Assembly: GCA_000708835.1 (NCBI GenBank)
Contig: DF237109.1
Location: 129,990-166,667, forward strand
Length of the DNA stretch: 36,678 nt
From: Klebsormidium nitens
Lineage: Eukaryota > Plantae > Klebsormidiophyceae
Direction: 5' to 3'
Shown piece by piece: positions 36,156 to 36,678 of this stretch. A model generated the notes under the pieces. That model saw only the letters and a program-made list of their open reading frames with translations, was not told the DNA's origin and searched no databases. Each line of letters begins with the position of its first letter. Position 1 is the first letter of the stretch. Made by a program: the position numbers and the translations under genes.

Positions 36156-36678
36156 TGATTTAACGTCGGTTCGGAGCCGTGGTCGGCTAAGTCGACGAAT
36201 GTAGCTCGGAAGAGCACATGCACTAAGCCTTATAGCTCCTATAGTTGAATCAACTAGGTACTACGTAGTACGGTACCGTCAATATATTTACATGCAAGTG
36301 CATGCATCATTTCAATTAATGCCTACACACAAGCGCAGCCCGCTAAATTGTTGATTCGCGAATTTCCAATATCATGTATGTACGTGGAAGTTCCACATGT
36401 ACAAACAAAAATATCAAATCGTAGATTTCCAATTCCCGAGCCGCAATTAAATTTTGGTCGGGTCTATAGACATCACTTGCTGTGAAATATCTTAATTCGA
36501 CATATCTCCATAATTGGGATCACACCCCGATCACACTCTTTATTGGCTTTCAAAATCTGCAAAAATCGCGAAATCTAGACGTTAGGGTTTTGGGGTTTCC
36601 GAAATTTCCGGATATGACGTCATCATTTGCGTTTTACAGTGATCGACAATGAGAGGGTTTTGAGGCTTTGAAGCAATC

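Noticed and set aside
36582-36598. True telomere or chromosome end
   Set aside because: Only one or two degenerate units, followed by non-repeat sequence.

Overview
Gene-dense eukaryotic window with GC-rich exons and roughly 120-600 nt spliceosomal introns. It is most likely a green alga (chlorophyte or early streptophyte); this is inferred from splice style, codon bias and plant-like proteins. Six multi-exon genes were spliced by hand: a HECT E3 ligase (-), NUP58 (+), dymeclin (-), cyclin H (+), a plastid RBD1-like RRM protein (-) and NOP12/RBM34 (+). There is also one tRNA-Glu(CTC). Non-coding DNA holds a 342-bp TA-flanked Tc1/mariner-type MITE, a ~470-bp inverted-repeat element with telomere-like internal repeats, a palindromic telo-box and AT-rich palindrome-dense islands. 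The most striking observation is that the HECT gene splices in frame to an upstream exon encoding a transmembrane helix plus a poly-Arg stop-transfer signal, predicting a compact 507-aa membrane-anchored HECT ligase. Protein identities come from remembered family motifs, not database searches. Most short ORFs in the supplied track are antisense or intron read-through shadows.
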